Positions 32,274 to 41,028 of a stretch of DNA of 46,653 nucleotides are shown one piece after another. Below the pieces are notes generated by a model, which made no database searches, had not been told where the DNA came from, and was given only the letters and a program-made list of their open reading frames with translations. Source of the DNA: an uncultured Bacteroidales bacterium (GTDB lineage Bacteria > Bacteroidota > Bacteroidia > Bacteroidales > ML635J-15); NCBI GenBank assembly GCA_964397745.1, contig CAYNKH010000002.1, positions 1 to 46,653 on the forward strand, read 5' to 3'. The stretch's first letter is position 1. Each line of letters starts with the position of its first letter. A program made the translations under genes and the position numbers.

Positions 32274-34424
32274 TTACTCCTCAAACACATAAGAGCCAGA
32301 GTAAATTTTATCATTAAGATTAATCTTTACCAAATATAGGCCAGGTTTTTGAATAGCCGATATTTTGGATATAGGAATAATGTTTTCTCCTTGCTCTATC
32401 TTCAGCATTGCAGTAGCAATAATTTCGCCAAGGATATTATATGTGCAAATTTGAGCTGTCCCGTTATCGACAGTATTAAAAACTAATTTTGAGTTTGAAT
32501 TACCAGGGTTTGGATAAATAGATATTTCGTTTTTAATTATTGTATTTTGGACATTACTAAATTCAGAATTATAATTTATTTTCCAACCATTACCAAGAGG
32601 ACTATTGGAGGTTACGAAAAATCTTACTATTACCGTTTCTGCTTCTATAATTAGGGTTTCTGTAGGTGGAGCATCGGATTTGTATGTTGCGACAATGCTT
32701 TGACTTGTAGCTGAGTTTTTGTAAACTTTAACAAAGTCTATATTTCCATTCAAATCAAAATATTCAAAATCTATATAGATTTTATTAGCATTTTCTGGTT
32801 GAATTATCCAATTGCATAATGTTGGTCCTTTGTATTGGCATGATTTGCTTCCATCATCGAAACTTCCTGTGGGCTGGGTATATACTCGATTTCCAATACA
32901 GGTTTTGGTTTTGTAACTAACAGCCCACCCATCTGCTGTCAGGTTATCATCAGTAAAAAACTCTATTGTCATTTTACCCAACATTGATTCGTACTCTTCT
33001 TTTGGCAAACTATCGGCCTCTATATATGCTAATAAATTATTGTCTTCTAGAGTACCATCCCATATTTTTAGAAAATCTCCTTCCGCCAAGTTTAGTTTTG
33101 TAAAATTAAGACAGATGATTTGGCTACATTCTGGCTCTATAACGTAGGTACATGTTGTGTTGTTTTGATAATTTTCATGCGAGCTTCCATCATCAAAGGA
33201 GCCATCGTTACCCTTAATGGTTGTTAAGCTATTACAGTATTCTGGATAATTTCCTTCTGGAAACACATTTATTAGTGCTTGTTGCCATTGATTATAATTA
33301 CCATCACTCTCTCCTGGAGTAGCAGAGGTTCCTAAAGCATCGAGAGTATAAAACCCATTACCATATCCTCCCCAACCCCAGTTCATGTGAAAGTGGTCTT
33401 CTCCCTGATAGCCGTCACAGTTCCAAGCATGTCCTGCTTCATCTGAATATCCAGCGTAAGAAACAGGTCTTTTTTGGTTTATTTCGTTGCGTAATAAATT
33501 TTTCCAATCTGTGTCGGAATATTCTTCTTTGTAAAGTAATTCAATATTATTTTCATATCTGAAATAATTTACTAATGCATTTGCAACATCTCCTGGCCAT
33601 GCACCTGAACCTTCAGGAGTCCAGTGCATTTTTATAGCCACTCCAGCATGAAAACACATTTTTGCTAATTCATCATTTTGCTGAGTTCCTTCATTAGGCA
33701 TTGAGAACCAGTCATATATGTTTTGGCCAAAGTTTATTGTAAAGTCCCCATGCCCACCATTTTCCCCTGAGACATGAGTATATGAGCCTGTTCCTGTTGT
33801 TGGCCAGTTGTAATATTTCATTATTTGTAGCATTGCAATTGCCGAGCAGCCTACAGGACAAAGACTCTCATCACCTAGGGCATCTACGCCTACAGGGCAC
33901 ATCGTATTGTATGGATAACTCTGATTCCATTTGATAGGATCCAATAATCCTTCAACTGTAGTTTTTGCATCGTACTTTTCTTGTGGGTCAAAATTGGCTA
34001 ATTGTCTCCACTCTGTCTCTGTTACATTAGATTTAGATAATTTATCTTTACTAGCTTCTAAATTAATAAATGAATAATAATTTAGTAAATATTGTTGAGA
34101 AGCCGAGATATTGCCAATATTAAATCCCGACACAAAAGAATATGCTAAAATAGGTTTTACATTATCATCAGACGAAACAATAATAAAACCCTCATCATTA
34201 TTAATATTAAATACATAAAAAGCTGGCTTCGAAATTGTTGATGGGTCAAGAATACAAGATAATCTAATATTATCAAAATCTACAGACTTGGTTTTATCTA
34301 AACTTGTTAATGCCTGAAAATAATAGTTTTTAGCAACTGTTTGGGCAAGATCTTTAGGGACTTCCTTTGCAATTAAAGAGAAGGTAAAGATAATAAATGT
34401 GATAAATAGAAACTGTTTTTTCAT
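32274..34424 (-). CDS. secreted C10 (streptopain-like) cysteine peptidase with Spi-type propeptide, two CUB-like domains and T9SS C-terminal sorting domain
   Basis: 716 aa with a signal peptide. C10 motifs are CPVGCSAIAMLQIMKYYNWP (Cys), GHAWNCDGY (His) and HMNWGWGG. There are two C...GSFDDGS...C.W.I.P...DF..FDL...D...V/I.DG modules. The C-terminus reads ISIYPNPGNSNSKLVF...GLYLVKINL. Confidence 0.85.
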   Translation of the reverse strand: MKKQFLFITFIIFTFSLIAKEVPKDLAQTVAKNYYFQALTSLDKTKSVDFDNIRLSCILDPSTISKPAFYVFNINNDEGFIIVSSDDNVKPILAYSFVSGFNIGNISASQQYLLNYYSFINLEASKDKLSKSNVTETEWRQLANFDPQEKYDAKTTVEGLLDPIKWNQSYPYNTMCPVGVDALGDESLCPVGCSAIAMLQIMKYYNWPTTGTGSYTHVSGENGGHGDFTINFGQNIYDWFSMPNEGTQQNDELAKMCFHAGVAIKMHWTPEGSGAWPGDVANALVNYFRYENNIELLYKEEYSDTDWKNLLRNEINQKRPVSYAGYSDEAGHAWNCDGYQGEDHFHMNWGWGGYGNGFYTLDALGTSATPGESDGNYNQWQQALINVFPEGNYPEYCNSLTTIKGNDGSFDDGSSHENYQNNTTCTYVIEPECSQIICLNFTKLNLAEGDFLKIWDGTLEDNNLLAYIEADSLPKEEYESMLGKMTIEFFTDDNLTADGWAVSYKTKTCIGNRVYTQPTGSFDDGSKSCQYKGPTLCNWIIQPENANKIYIDFEYFDLNGNIDFVKVYKNSATSQSIVATYKSDAPPTETLIIEAETVIVRFFVTSNSPLGNGWKINYNSEFSNVQNTIIKNEISIYPNPGNSNSKLVFNTVDNGTAQICTYNILGEIIATAMLKIEQGENIIPISKISAIQKPGLYLVKINLNDKIYSGSYVFEE

Positions 34425-34460
34425 TTACTCTATGTTAAGAATATTCATATTTTAATTGTA

Positions 34461-34468
34461 CAAAGTTA
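34461..34468 (-). promoter_or_regulatory. Bacteroidota-type -7 promoter box for the C10 peptidase gene
   Basis: The minus strand reads TAACTTTG, 37 nt upstream of the ATG at 34424. Confidence 0.45.
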
Positions 34469-34633
34469 AGCATTTTATTGTTTAGAGAGGTTCGGGATAT
34501 TTGATTAGTTCTTAGAAAGCCGATTTTTTTTTACTTCTAGCTAAATTAGTCGGTAATAAAGTTGCATCATAAACTGTTTTTTATCTAAAAAATATTATGC
34601 TGACAATTTGTCATATATTTAATAAAAAATTAT

Positions 34634-34641
34634 TAAATTTG
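34634..34641 (+). promoter_or_regulatory. Bacteroidota-type -7 promoter box for the sigma-54 activator gene
   Basis: TAAATTTG lies about 15-30 nt upstream of the in-frame conserved N-terminal coding sequence that starts after the stop at 34653. Confidence 0.4.
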
Positions 34642-34745
34642 AATTTATAAAATAGAGGTGTAAGTTTCTAGATTTCCAAAGCATAAAACAGAGATTTGAA
34701 ATTATTGGGAATGCAACGAGCTTAAATCGAGCCTTAGATATTGCT

Positions 34746-35891
34746 GTGCAGGTTGCATCAACAGATTTATCAGTTTTAATTACTGGTGAAAGTGGTGTTG
34801 GAAAGGAAAGGATTCCTCAAATAATACATTCACAAAGCTTACGAAAGCATAATAATTATATTGCTGTTAACTGTGGAGCTATTCCTGAAGGTACCATCGA
34901 CTCTGAATTATTTGGGCATGTTAAAGGCTCCTTTACAAGTGCACATAGCGACAGAAAAGGGTATTTTGAAGAAGCAAATGAAGGGACAATTTTTTTAGAT
35001 GAGGTTGCCGAATTACCGCTTTCTACTCAAGTTAGATTGCTTAGAGTTTTAGAAACAGGTGAGTTTATAAAAGTAGGTTCATCTAAGGGTCAAAAAACTG
35101 ATGTAAGAGTTGTTGCAGCAACCAATGTAGATTTGTCTGAACGGGTAGCAAAAGGTAAGTTCAGGGAAGATTTGTTCTATCGACTTAATACAGTGCCAAT
35201 TTTTATTCCACCCTTAAGAAATCGACAGGAAGATATTCACTTGCTTTTTAGGAAATTTGCCTCCGATTTTGCTGAAAAGTATCGTATGCCGCTAATCAAA
35301 CTAACCGATGAGGCCATACAGGTGCTAAAAACATACAGATGGCCAGGAAATATACGGCAACTTAAAAATATTACAGAGCAAATATCCGTTATTGAAGAAA
35401 AAAGAATTATAACTGCTGATATTCTTAAATCTTATCTGGTTGGTTCAGACTCTACAAACTTGCCCGCTTTGATAAAAAAACAAAGCCATCATGAAGATTT
35501 TTCTTCTGAACGCGAAATTCTATATCAGGTTTTGTTTGACATGAAAAAAGACATGAATGAGCTTAAAATGCTTGTGAATAATATTATTAAACAAAGTCCT
35601 GATGTAAAAATAAACGATTACGGAACAAAGATTGTCAAAAACTTTGATGAAGACATTAAAATGGCTGATATTAAACCGCTTTACCATGATGATAATTCAA
35701 ATACACAAGATGATTACGAAGAACGTGGAGAAGTTGTAGAAGAAGTGTTATCTTTGCAAGAACAGGAAAAAGAACTAATAATCAAATCTCTCGAAAAAAA
35801 CAATAGTAAAAGAAAATTAGCAGCCGAAGAATTAGGAATCTCAGAGAGAACATTGTATCGAAAAATAAAAGAATACGATATTAAAAAATGA
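34746..35891 (+). CDS. sigma-54-dependent transcriptional activator (AAA+ plus Fis-type HTH, no receiver domain); true start probably upstream of 34746
   Basis: VLITGESGVGKE (Walker A), GAIPEGTIDSELFGH, FLDEV (Walker B), RWPGNIRQL, and C-terminal HTH ELGISERTLYRKIKEY. In-frame codons 34671-34745 encode DFQSIKQRFEIIGNATSLNRALDIA, which belongs to the same domain. Confidence 0.85.
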   Translation: MQVASTDLSVLITGESGVGKERIPQIIHSQSLRKHNNYIAVNCGAIPEGTIDSELFGHVKGSFTSAHSDRKGYFEEANEGTIFLDEVAELPLSTQVRLLRVLETGEFIKVGSSKGQKTDVRVVAATNVDLSERVAKGKFREDLFYRLNTVPIFIPPLRNRQEDIHLLFRKFASDFAEKYRMPLIKLTDEAIQVLKTYRWPGNIRQLKNITEQISVIEEKRIITADILKSYLVGSDSTNLPALIKKQSHHEDFSSEREILYQVLFDMKKDMNELKMLVNNIIKQSPDVKINDYGTKIVKNFDEDIKMADIKPLYHDDNSNTQDDYEERGEVVEEVLSLQEQEKELIIKSLEKNNSKRKLAAEELGISERTLYRKIKEYDIKK

Positions 35892-36400
35892 AAATAAGAA
35901 TTATATATATTGTTATTATTTGCGTGAGTTTTGTTACATTTAATTCATGCACAGGAGGTTATTCTTTCACTGGTGCAGATATTGATGCAAATATTAAAAC
36001 AATCACAATTGAGTATTTTCCTAACCGAGCTAGTTTAGTGCAGCCAAATCTAAGCAATGTTTTTACTGAGGCTCTCAAAGATAAATTTGTCTCTCAAACA
36101 AACCTTGAACTTATTAATCGTAATGGCGACCTAAAATTACAAGGTGAAATAACAAACTATAACGTTACTGCACAATCTTTTCAGGGTAACGAAACCGCAG
36201 CTCTAAACAGACTTACAATTACTGTTAGAGTTAAATATACGAATGGACTTGAATCTGAAAAGGATTTTGACACAAGTTTTTCCAGATATGCCGATTTTGA
36301 GAGTTCACAAAGTCTTACAGCCGTGGAGACAAACTTAATTCAAGAGATTAGCGAAGAGTTGGTAGTTGATATTTTTAATAAAGCAGTAGCTAACTGGTAA
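35888..36400 (+). CDS. lptE: LptE-family lipoprotein (LPS assembly)
   Basis: 170 aa. Lipobox is TFNSC. CTGGYSFTGA...KTITIEYFPNRA...FTEALKDKF...LQGEITNY...RLTITVRVKYTN matches the Bacteroidota LptE pattern. A 4-nt overlap links it to the activator gene. Confidence 0.65.
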   Translation: MKIRIIYIVIICVSFVTFNSCTGGYSFTGADIDANIKTITIEYFPNRASLVQPNLSNVFTEALKDKFVSQTNLELINRNGDLKLQGEITNYNVTAQSFQGNETAALNRLTITVRVKYTNGLESEKDFDTSFSRYADFESSQSLTAVETNLIQEISEELVVDIFNKAVANW

Positions 36401-36402
36401 TA

Positions 36403-37851
36403 ATGAATAAACAGCAATTCATAGAATATGTAAAAGATTTCAAGGCTCTTGATAAAAGTAGCCTCACAGAAATAAAATTACTTATCGAAGAGTTCCCACA
36501 TTTTCAATCTGCTTGGGTGTTATATGCAAAAAATTTACACAATATTAATGATGTAAGATTTGAAAGTAAGCTAAAGATTGCTGCTATACATGTTTCTGAC
36601 AGAAAAGTTCTTAAATATATTATTGAAGATAAATACCAGCCCTCTGAAACAAAGGCAATAACTATAGAAAATAGCATAATAACGGAAGATATAGAGACGT
36701 TAACAGATTGCGAAAACGAATTAGACACCCAAGATAAGGCTCACACAGAGATGCATGCTGTAAATCAAGAGTCCGAACAAATAGTCGAAGAATTTGTATC
36801 AAGTGCAATTTATGAGACCTTAACACCAGAACCAGAAAAAATAAATGAAGTAGAACTACAGCACAATGACAACAAAGAACTTGTCAACGAAAACAACAAT
36901 TTAGGAACTCACGATACCGAAGAAAGTGTTGCAGATCTTATCCTTAAAAATATTAACAAAACAAAATCAGCAGAACTTGAAAATAATGAACCAAAACCTT
37001 TGATAAGTGAGGAAGAAAAAAATACAGATGTTAACGACCTAGTTTTTGCTGAGAAAGAAGATAGTGTTCCGATTATTGAGAAAATTGAAAAAAATTATGA
37101 CAACGAAATACATGTAAGCACAGATAATGCTTTGGAAAACAACATCAATAAAACGGAAGACTTAAAACAAACACACAAACCCGACACTTCGGCTGCTGAC
37201 AAAATCTTGCAAACTATAAATGAAATAAAAACGGGTGATATTAGAGTAGTGAGAGAAGATTCTGTTTCACCTAGTAAGACATCTGACCTGCGTGAGATAA
37301 TTGAACAAAGACTTGCAGAATTACAGGTGTCTAATGTTGAAAAGGATACAAGCAAGGATGTGGTAATTGATTATATTACAGATGTCTCTACCCCAAAGGA
37401 AAATACCGCAGTAGTAGAGGAGTCAAAAAATATAGATTTTGAAGATGTTATAGATTTTGAAAAAATAGGAGGGGAGGACGAAATCAGTGAATCTGATAAG
37501 GAATATATTAACCAAGACATAAAAACGGAGGAATTTCTAGATTTTAATTTCAACAAAGAAGAAAAAAAACAGATTACTAAAGAGCAAAAAAATGCAGCAA
37601 TAGACAAATTTATTGCTTCCGATCCGCGAATAATTCCACAAAGAGATTATGTTCCAGATAGTGCATTTACAACAAACACTGTGTTGCCAGATGGTGAAGA
37701 ATTATTTAGCGAGACTTTGGCAAAAATATACATCAGTCAAAATCACTTTGATAAGGCAATTTTAACTTATGAAAAATTATGTTTGAAATATCCCGAAAAA
37801 AGTATTTACTTTGTGCGTCAAATTGAAGAAATAAAAAAATTAATAAAATAA
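36403..37851 (+). CDS. acidic low-complexity protein with C-terminal TPR-like helix pair
   Basis: 482 aa. The central region is very E/D/N/K-rich. The C-terminus is AKIYISQNHFDKAILTYEKLCLKYPEKSIYF. The antisense ORFs in the track are low-complexity artefacts. Confidence 0.65.
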   Translation: MNKQQFIEYVKDFKALDKSSLTEIKLLIEEFPHFQSAWVLYAKNLHNINDVRFESKLKIAAIHVSDRKVLKYIIEDKYQPSETKAITIENSIITEDIETLTDCENELDTQDKAHTEMHAVNQESEQIVEEFVSSAIYETLTPEPEKINEVELQHNDNKELVNENNNLGTHDTEESVADLILKNINKTKSAELENNEPKPLISEEEKNTDVNDLVFAEKEDSVPIIEKIEKNYDNEIHVSTDNALENNINKTEDLKQTHKPDTSAADKILQTINEIKTGDIRVVREDSVSPSKTSDLREIIEQRLAELQVSNVEKDTSKDVVIDYITDVSTPKENTAVVEESKNIDFEDVIDFEKIGGEDEISESDKEYINQDIKTEEFLDFNFNKEEKKQITKEQKNAAIDKFIASDPRIIPQRDYVPDSAFTTNTVLPDGEELFSETLAKIYISQNHFDKAILTYEKLCLKYPEKSIYFVRQIEEIKKLIK

Positions 37852-37866
37852 TAAACAGAATTAGTT

Positions 37867-38175
37867 ATGTATATCTTTTTCTCTATAATGATTATCGTGT
37901 GTGCAATACTTTTAATTTTAATCGTACTTGTACAAAATAGTAAAGGTGGTGGTTTGGCTTCTGGCTTTGGTCAAGGAAACCAAGTAATGGGTGTTAAAAA
38001 AACAGCCGACTTTTTAGAAAAAGCAACTTGGACTCTGGCAATAGGATTAGTAGCGTTTTGTCTATTGGCTAGTTTTTCGATCCCTGATCGGAAAGTACAA
38101 GAGCCTATGGTATCAGAACGCCCTATGCAGAACACACCAACTGCCCCTGCTGCTCCAGCTCCACAGGGAGAATAA
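37867..38175 (+). CDS. secG: preprotein translocase subunit SecG
   Basis: 102 aa. LLILIVLVQNSKGGGLASGFG signature and a second TM helix. Confidence 0.88.
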   Translation: MYIFFSIMIIVCAILLILIVLVQNSKGGGLASGFGQGNQVMGVKKTADFLEKATWTLAIGLVAFCLLASFSIPDRKVQEPMVSERPMQNTPTAPAAPAPQGE

Positions 38176-38440
38176 TTTGCATTTACTTTGCATAGAAAAC
38201 ACCTCGCTTTTTTAAAGTGCGATGCTGGGTTTTTATATTATATTGTTTTTTAATGTCTCTATTGGAGTTTTTGATTTATAGACAATTAAGTTTTTTTGAG
38301 TTAGTTTGTGAATCGTCTATGCCATACGAGTTGAGACAAATGCAAGGAATATTTCAATGGCACTAAGGAGATAATAATTTACGACATCAAATATATTGGT
38401 TTTTTTCTTCATGTTTTTTTCTAATTATCGTTGATATTGT

Positions 38441-38448
38441 TATTTTTG
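38441..38448 (+). promoter_or_regulatory. Bacteroidota-type -7 promoter box for efp
   Basis: TATTTTTG lies 24 nt upstream of the ATG at 38473. It falls inside the TTG-extended ORF of the track, which argues against that extension. Confidence 0.45.
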
Positions 38449-38472
38449 CAACAAATTAAAAATAATTATTAT

Positions 38473-39036
38473 ATGGGATCTACCTCAGATATCAGAAACG
38501 GACTTACCATTGAATACAATGGGAAACCTTATCAAATAGTTTATTTTCAGCATGTAAAACCTGGTAAGGGTGCTGCATTTGTGCGTACAAAACTTAAAAG
38601 TCTTGAAAATGGGCGAATTCTCGAAAATACTTTTAATTCAGGAGCAAAAATTGACATTATTCGCATCGAAAGAAGACCCTATCAGTTTTTATATAAAGAT
38701 GATTTGGGTTTTAATTTTATGCATAAGGAAACTTTTGAGCAAGTATCCTTGCAAGAAGATTTAATTGAAGGTGTTGAGTTCCTTAAAGAAGGGCAAGATG
38801 TGGAGATTGTTTTTCATGCCGAAAACGAAAGTGCCTTAAATTGCGAGCTGCCACCATTTGTAGTTGTAGAAGTTACTTATACCGAGCCTGGATTAAAAGG
38901 GGACACTACAACTAACGCATTAAAAGCTGCTACAATCGAAACAGGCTCAACAATAATGGTTCCTCTTTTTGTTGAAATCGGCGAAATGATTAAGGTTGAT
39001 ACCAGAACCAAAGATTACGTGGAAAGAGTTAGATAA
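38473..39036 (+). CDS. efp: elongation factor P
   Basis: 187 aa from MGSTSDIRNGLTIEYNGKPYQIV...HVKPGKGAAFVRTKLK. This is the canonical EF-P N-terminus with three OB/KOW-like domains. Confidence 0.93.
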   Translation: MGSTSDIRNGLTIEYNGKPYQIVYFQHVKPGKGAAFVRTKLKSLENGRILENTFNSGAKIDIIRIERRPYQFLYKDDLGFNFMHKETFEQVSLQEDLIEGVEFLKEGQDVEIVFHAENESALNCELPPFVVVEVTYTEPGLKGDTTTNALKAATIETGSTIMVPLFVEIGEMIKVDTRTKDYVERVR

Positions 39037-39154
39037 AAATTGTTGCTGTTCGTAAGGGTTACAGTTTTTATTAATAATTGAATACTTAATAAATTTAAGA
39101 GTCTTTCCTGTACGAGTGATGTTTAAGTCTGTGATATTCATAGATAAGGCTATC

Positions 39155-39916
39155 TTAAAAGTAATACTTCCAAATCAAACTTGTCAGCAATAATACAAAG
39201 GCTATAATTAAAAAAACTCGAATAATTCCCTCACCTTTTTTTATAGCTAGACGACTACCGAAATAATTACCTGTCATATTTGCTAAAGCAAGTGGAATCG
39301 CAATCATAAAGAGAACTTTTCCAGCAAGTAGAAATGCAACAAGGCTTCCTATGTTCGACATTAAATTAAAGACCTTTGCGTTTGCAGTAGCTTGAACAAG
39401 TTTCATGCGAGTAAAAAAGAAAAAGCCAAGTGTTAGAAACGATCCTGTTCCTGGGCCAAAAAAGCCATCATAAAAGCCAATTACTAAACAAATTAACGGG
39501 ATTTTTAACCAATAATCTAATTTTGTTAGTTTATTGTCATTTGTTTTTCCTTTACGGGGCATAAGTGTTGCAATTATTCCTATTGGCAATAGTATAATAA
39601 TGATTTTACCTACTAAATCTGTGTCAAGTAAAAGAATGGTTTTAGAACCAACAAAAGATCCGCTTAATGAAAAGATTATTCCTATTGCAAGGACTTTCAA
39701 CAGCATTTTTTTATTTAACATAAAGTTTAGTACTGCTGTTCCTGTTCCCAATGAGCTTGCAAGTTTATTTGTACCAAGTGCTAATTGTGGTGGGATTCCT
39801 GCAAACAATAGTGCAGGGAGAGTTATTAGTCCGCCGCCGCCTGCAATACTGTCGATAAAGCCTGCGACAAAAAAAGCAATACTTAATAAAACTATAACAC
39901 TTATTTCAAATTCCAT
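39155..39916 (-). CDS. TauE/SafE (TSUP) family anion exporter
   Basis: 253 aa with about 8 TM segments. Contains the GFIDSIAGGGGLITLPALL and duplicated GxGGG-type motifs typical of TSUP proteins. Confidence 0.8.
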   Translation of the reverse strand: MEFEISVIVLLSIAFFVAGFIDSIAGGGGLITLPALLFAGIPPQLALGTNKLASSLGTGTAVLNFMLNKKMLLKVLAIGIIFSLSGSFVGSKTILLLDTDLVGKIIIILLPIGIIATLMPRKGKTNDNKLTKLDYWLKIPLICLVIGFYDGFFGPGTGSFLTLGFFFFTRMKLVQATANAKVFNLMSNIGSLVAFLLAGKVLFMIAIPLALANMTGNYFGSRLAIKKGEGIIRVFLIIAFVLLLTSLIWKYYF

Positions 39917-39944
39917 TTTAAGGGAAATAATTAAAAATATTGTG

Positions 39945-39952
39945 CAAATATA
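39945..39952 (-). promoter_or_regulatory. Bacteroidota-type -7 promoter box for the TSUP gene
   Basis: The minus strand reads TATATTTG, 29 nt upstream of the ATG at 39916. Confidence 0.4.
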
Positions 39953-40095
39953 AATCTTTACGATGATTTATATGTAATGTTTATGCATTAACAAATCGAC
40001 ATGCACGAAATTGACAATCCCTTAATATCAATAAAAAAGCTGTCATCTGTAAATTTATTGCGAAACCGAGTATTGTGGACTTAAGCAGCTTTATT

Positions 40096-40746
40096 TTATT
40101 TAATGACTGTCATTTTTATAATTCTTATATCTTCTATTGGTCTATCATTTTTGTTTTTTTCGACACTTGTAATCGCATCAATTATATTAAGACCTTCGGT
40201 TACTTCGCCAAAAACGGTGTATTGAGCATCGAGATGAGGTACGCCACCAACTTCAGTATAAGTATCGCGTTGTTCTTTTGTAAACTCTGTAAAGAGTTGT
40301 TTTTCCATGCTATCTAATTGCATGTCTGTATATTTACTGCCTTGAACAATATAAAATTGCGAACCAGAGCTTCGTCTTTGGGGATTAGTCGCATCGCCAG
40401 TTCTTGCAGCAGCTAATGCTCCTTTTTTATGAAAATATGTTGGGACAATCTCAGCAGGAAGAGTATAACCTGGTCCACCATTCCCTAATGTTTTTCCTGA
40501 CGGTGCATCTTTTGATTGTGGATCGCCTCCCTGTATCATAAAATTTGATATCACTCTATGAAATAACAAGTCTTTATAAAACCCCGATTCTGCTAATTTT
40601 GTAAAATTGTCTCTGTGCACAGGAGTTTCGTCATATAACATTACTGTGAAGTTGCCTTTTGTTGTTTCTATTTTAACTTGAATTGATTGACCAAATGCTA
40701 GAATTGAAAATAGTCCAAGAAAACAAACGATTGTAATTTTTTTCAT
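40096..40746 (-). CDS. cyclophilin-type peptidyl-prolyl cis-trans isomerase, exported
   Basis: 216 aa with a signal peptide. Contains FHRVISNFMIQGGDP and GALAAARTGD...SQFYIV cyclophilin motifs. Confidence 0.9.
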   Translation of the reverse strand: MKKITIVCFLGLFSILAFGQSIQVKIETTKGNFTVMLYDETPVHRDNFTKLAESGFYKDLLFHRVISNFMIQGGDPQSKDAPSGKTLGNGGPGYTLPAEIVPTYFHKKGALAAARTGDATNPQRRSSGSQFYIVQGSKYTDMQLDSMEKQLFTEFTKEQRDTYTEVGGVPHLDAQYTVFGEVTEGLNIIDAITSVEKNKNDRPIEDIRIIKMTVIK

Positions 40747-40933
40747 AGTATTTTAGTATTTTAAATTTCTGCTATAAAATTAACAAATATTTTGCCATTA
40801 TTGGTGTAAAGAGAGATTTTTTTTTTAAAAAACACCACGGTTTGGCTTATAAAGTGTTTTGTGATTATATTTATACTATAAATAATGTGTGATTCAATAT
40901 CGATGTGTAGAAGAGAAAAGTAAGTAGTAAGTA

Positions 40934-40993
40934 GAAAAAACAGTAGATAGTAAGTAAACATTTCGCTTTAAGCGACTACTTACCACCTACTGT
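40934..40993 (-). terminator. strand-specific intrinsic terminator of the M14 giant gene
   Basis: On the minus strand ACAGTAGGTGGTAAGTA pairs with TACTTACTATCTACTGT. The stem is 17 bp, and two positions are G:U only in the minus-strand RNA. The apical part contains CGCTT-A-AAGCG. The stem is followed by T6. It lies 36 nt after the stop codon at 41029. Confidence 0.75.
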
Positions 40994-41028
40994 TGTGGAT
41001 AACTGCGAACGGATAACCGCAAGCAGAA

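Noticed and set aside
34549-34566. Sigma-54 -24/-12-like sequence CGGTAATAAAGTTGCAT upstream of the sigma-54 activator gene
   Set aside because: The GG-N10-GC spacing and TTGCA fit. The -24 element (CGGTAA versus TGGCAC) is poor, and a standard TAnnTTTG box lies closer to the gene. It is too weak to call without a genome-wide motif model.
38431-38472. TTG-initiated N-terminal extension of efp (MILLFLQQIKNNYY...) in the ORF track
   Set aside because: The extension contains the promoter -7 box (38441-38448) and has no counterpart in EF-P. The canonical N-terminus begins at the ATG at 38473.
40761-40961. 66-aa minus-strand ORF between the PPIase gene and the M14 gene
   Set aside because: The peptide is low-complexity and Phe/Ile/Tyr-rich from AT-rich DNA. 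It overlaps the M14 terminator and probably the PPIase promoter region. No domain was recognised.
40994-41020. Perfect DnaA-box sequence TGTGGATAA plus a second GGATAAC nearby (possible origin)
   Set aside because: This is a single consensus box in the 3' UTR of the M14 gene, between its stop codon and terminator. There is no cluster of boxes, AT-rich unwinding element or dnaA/dnaN context. It is compatible with chance.
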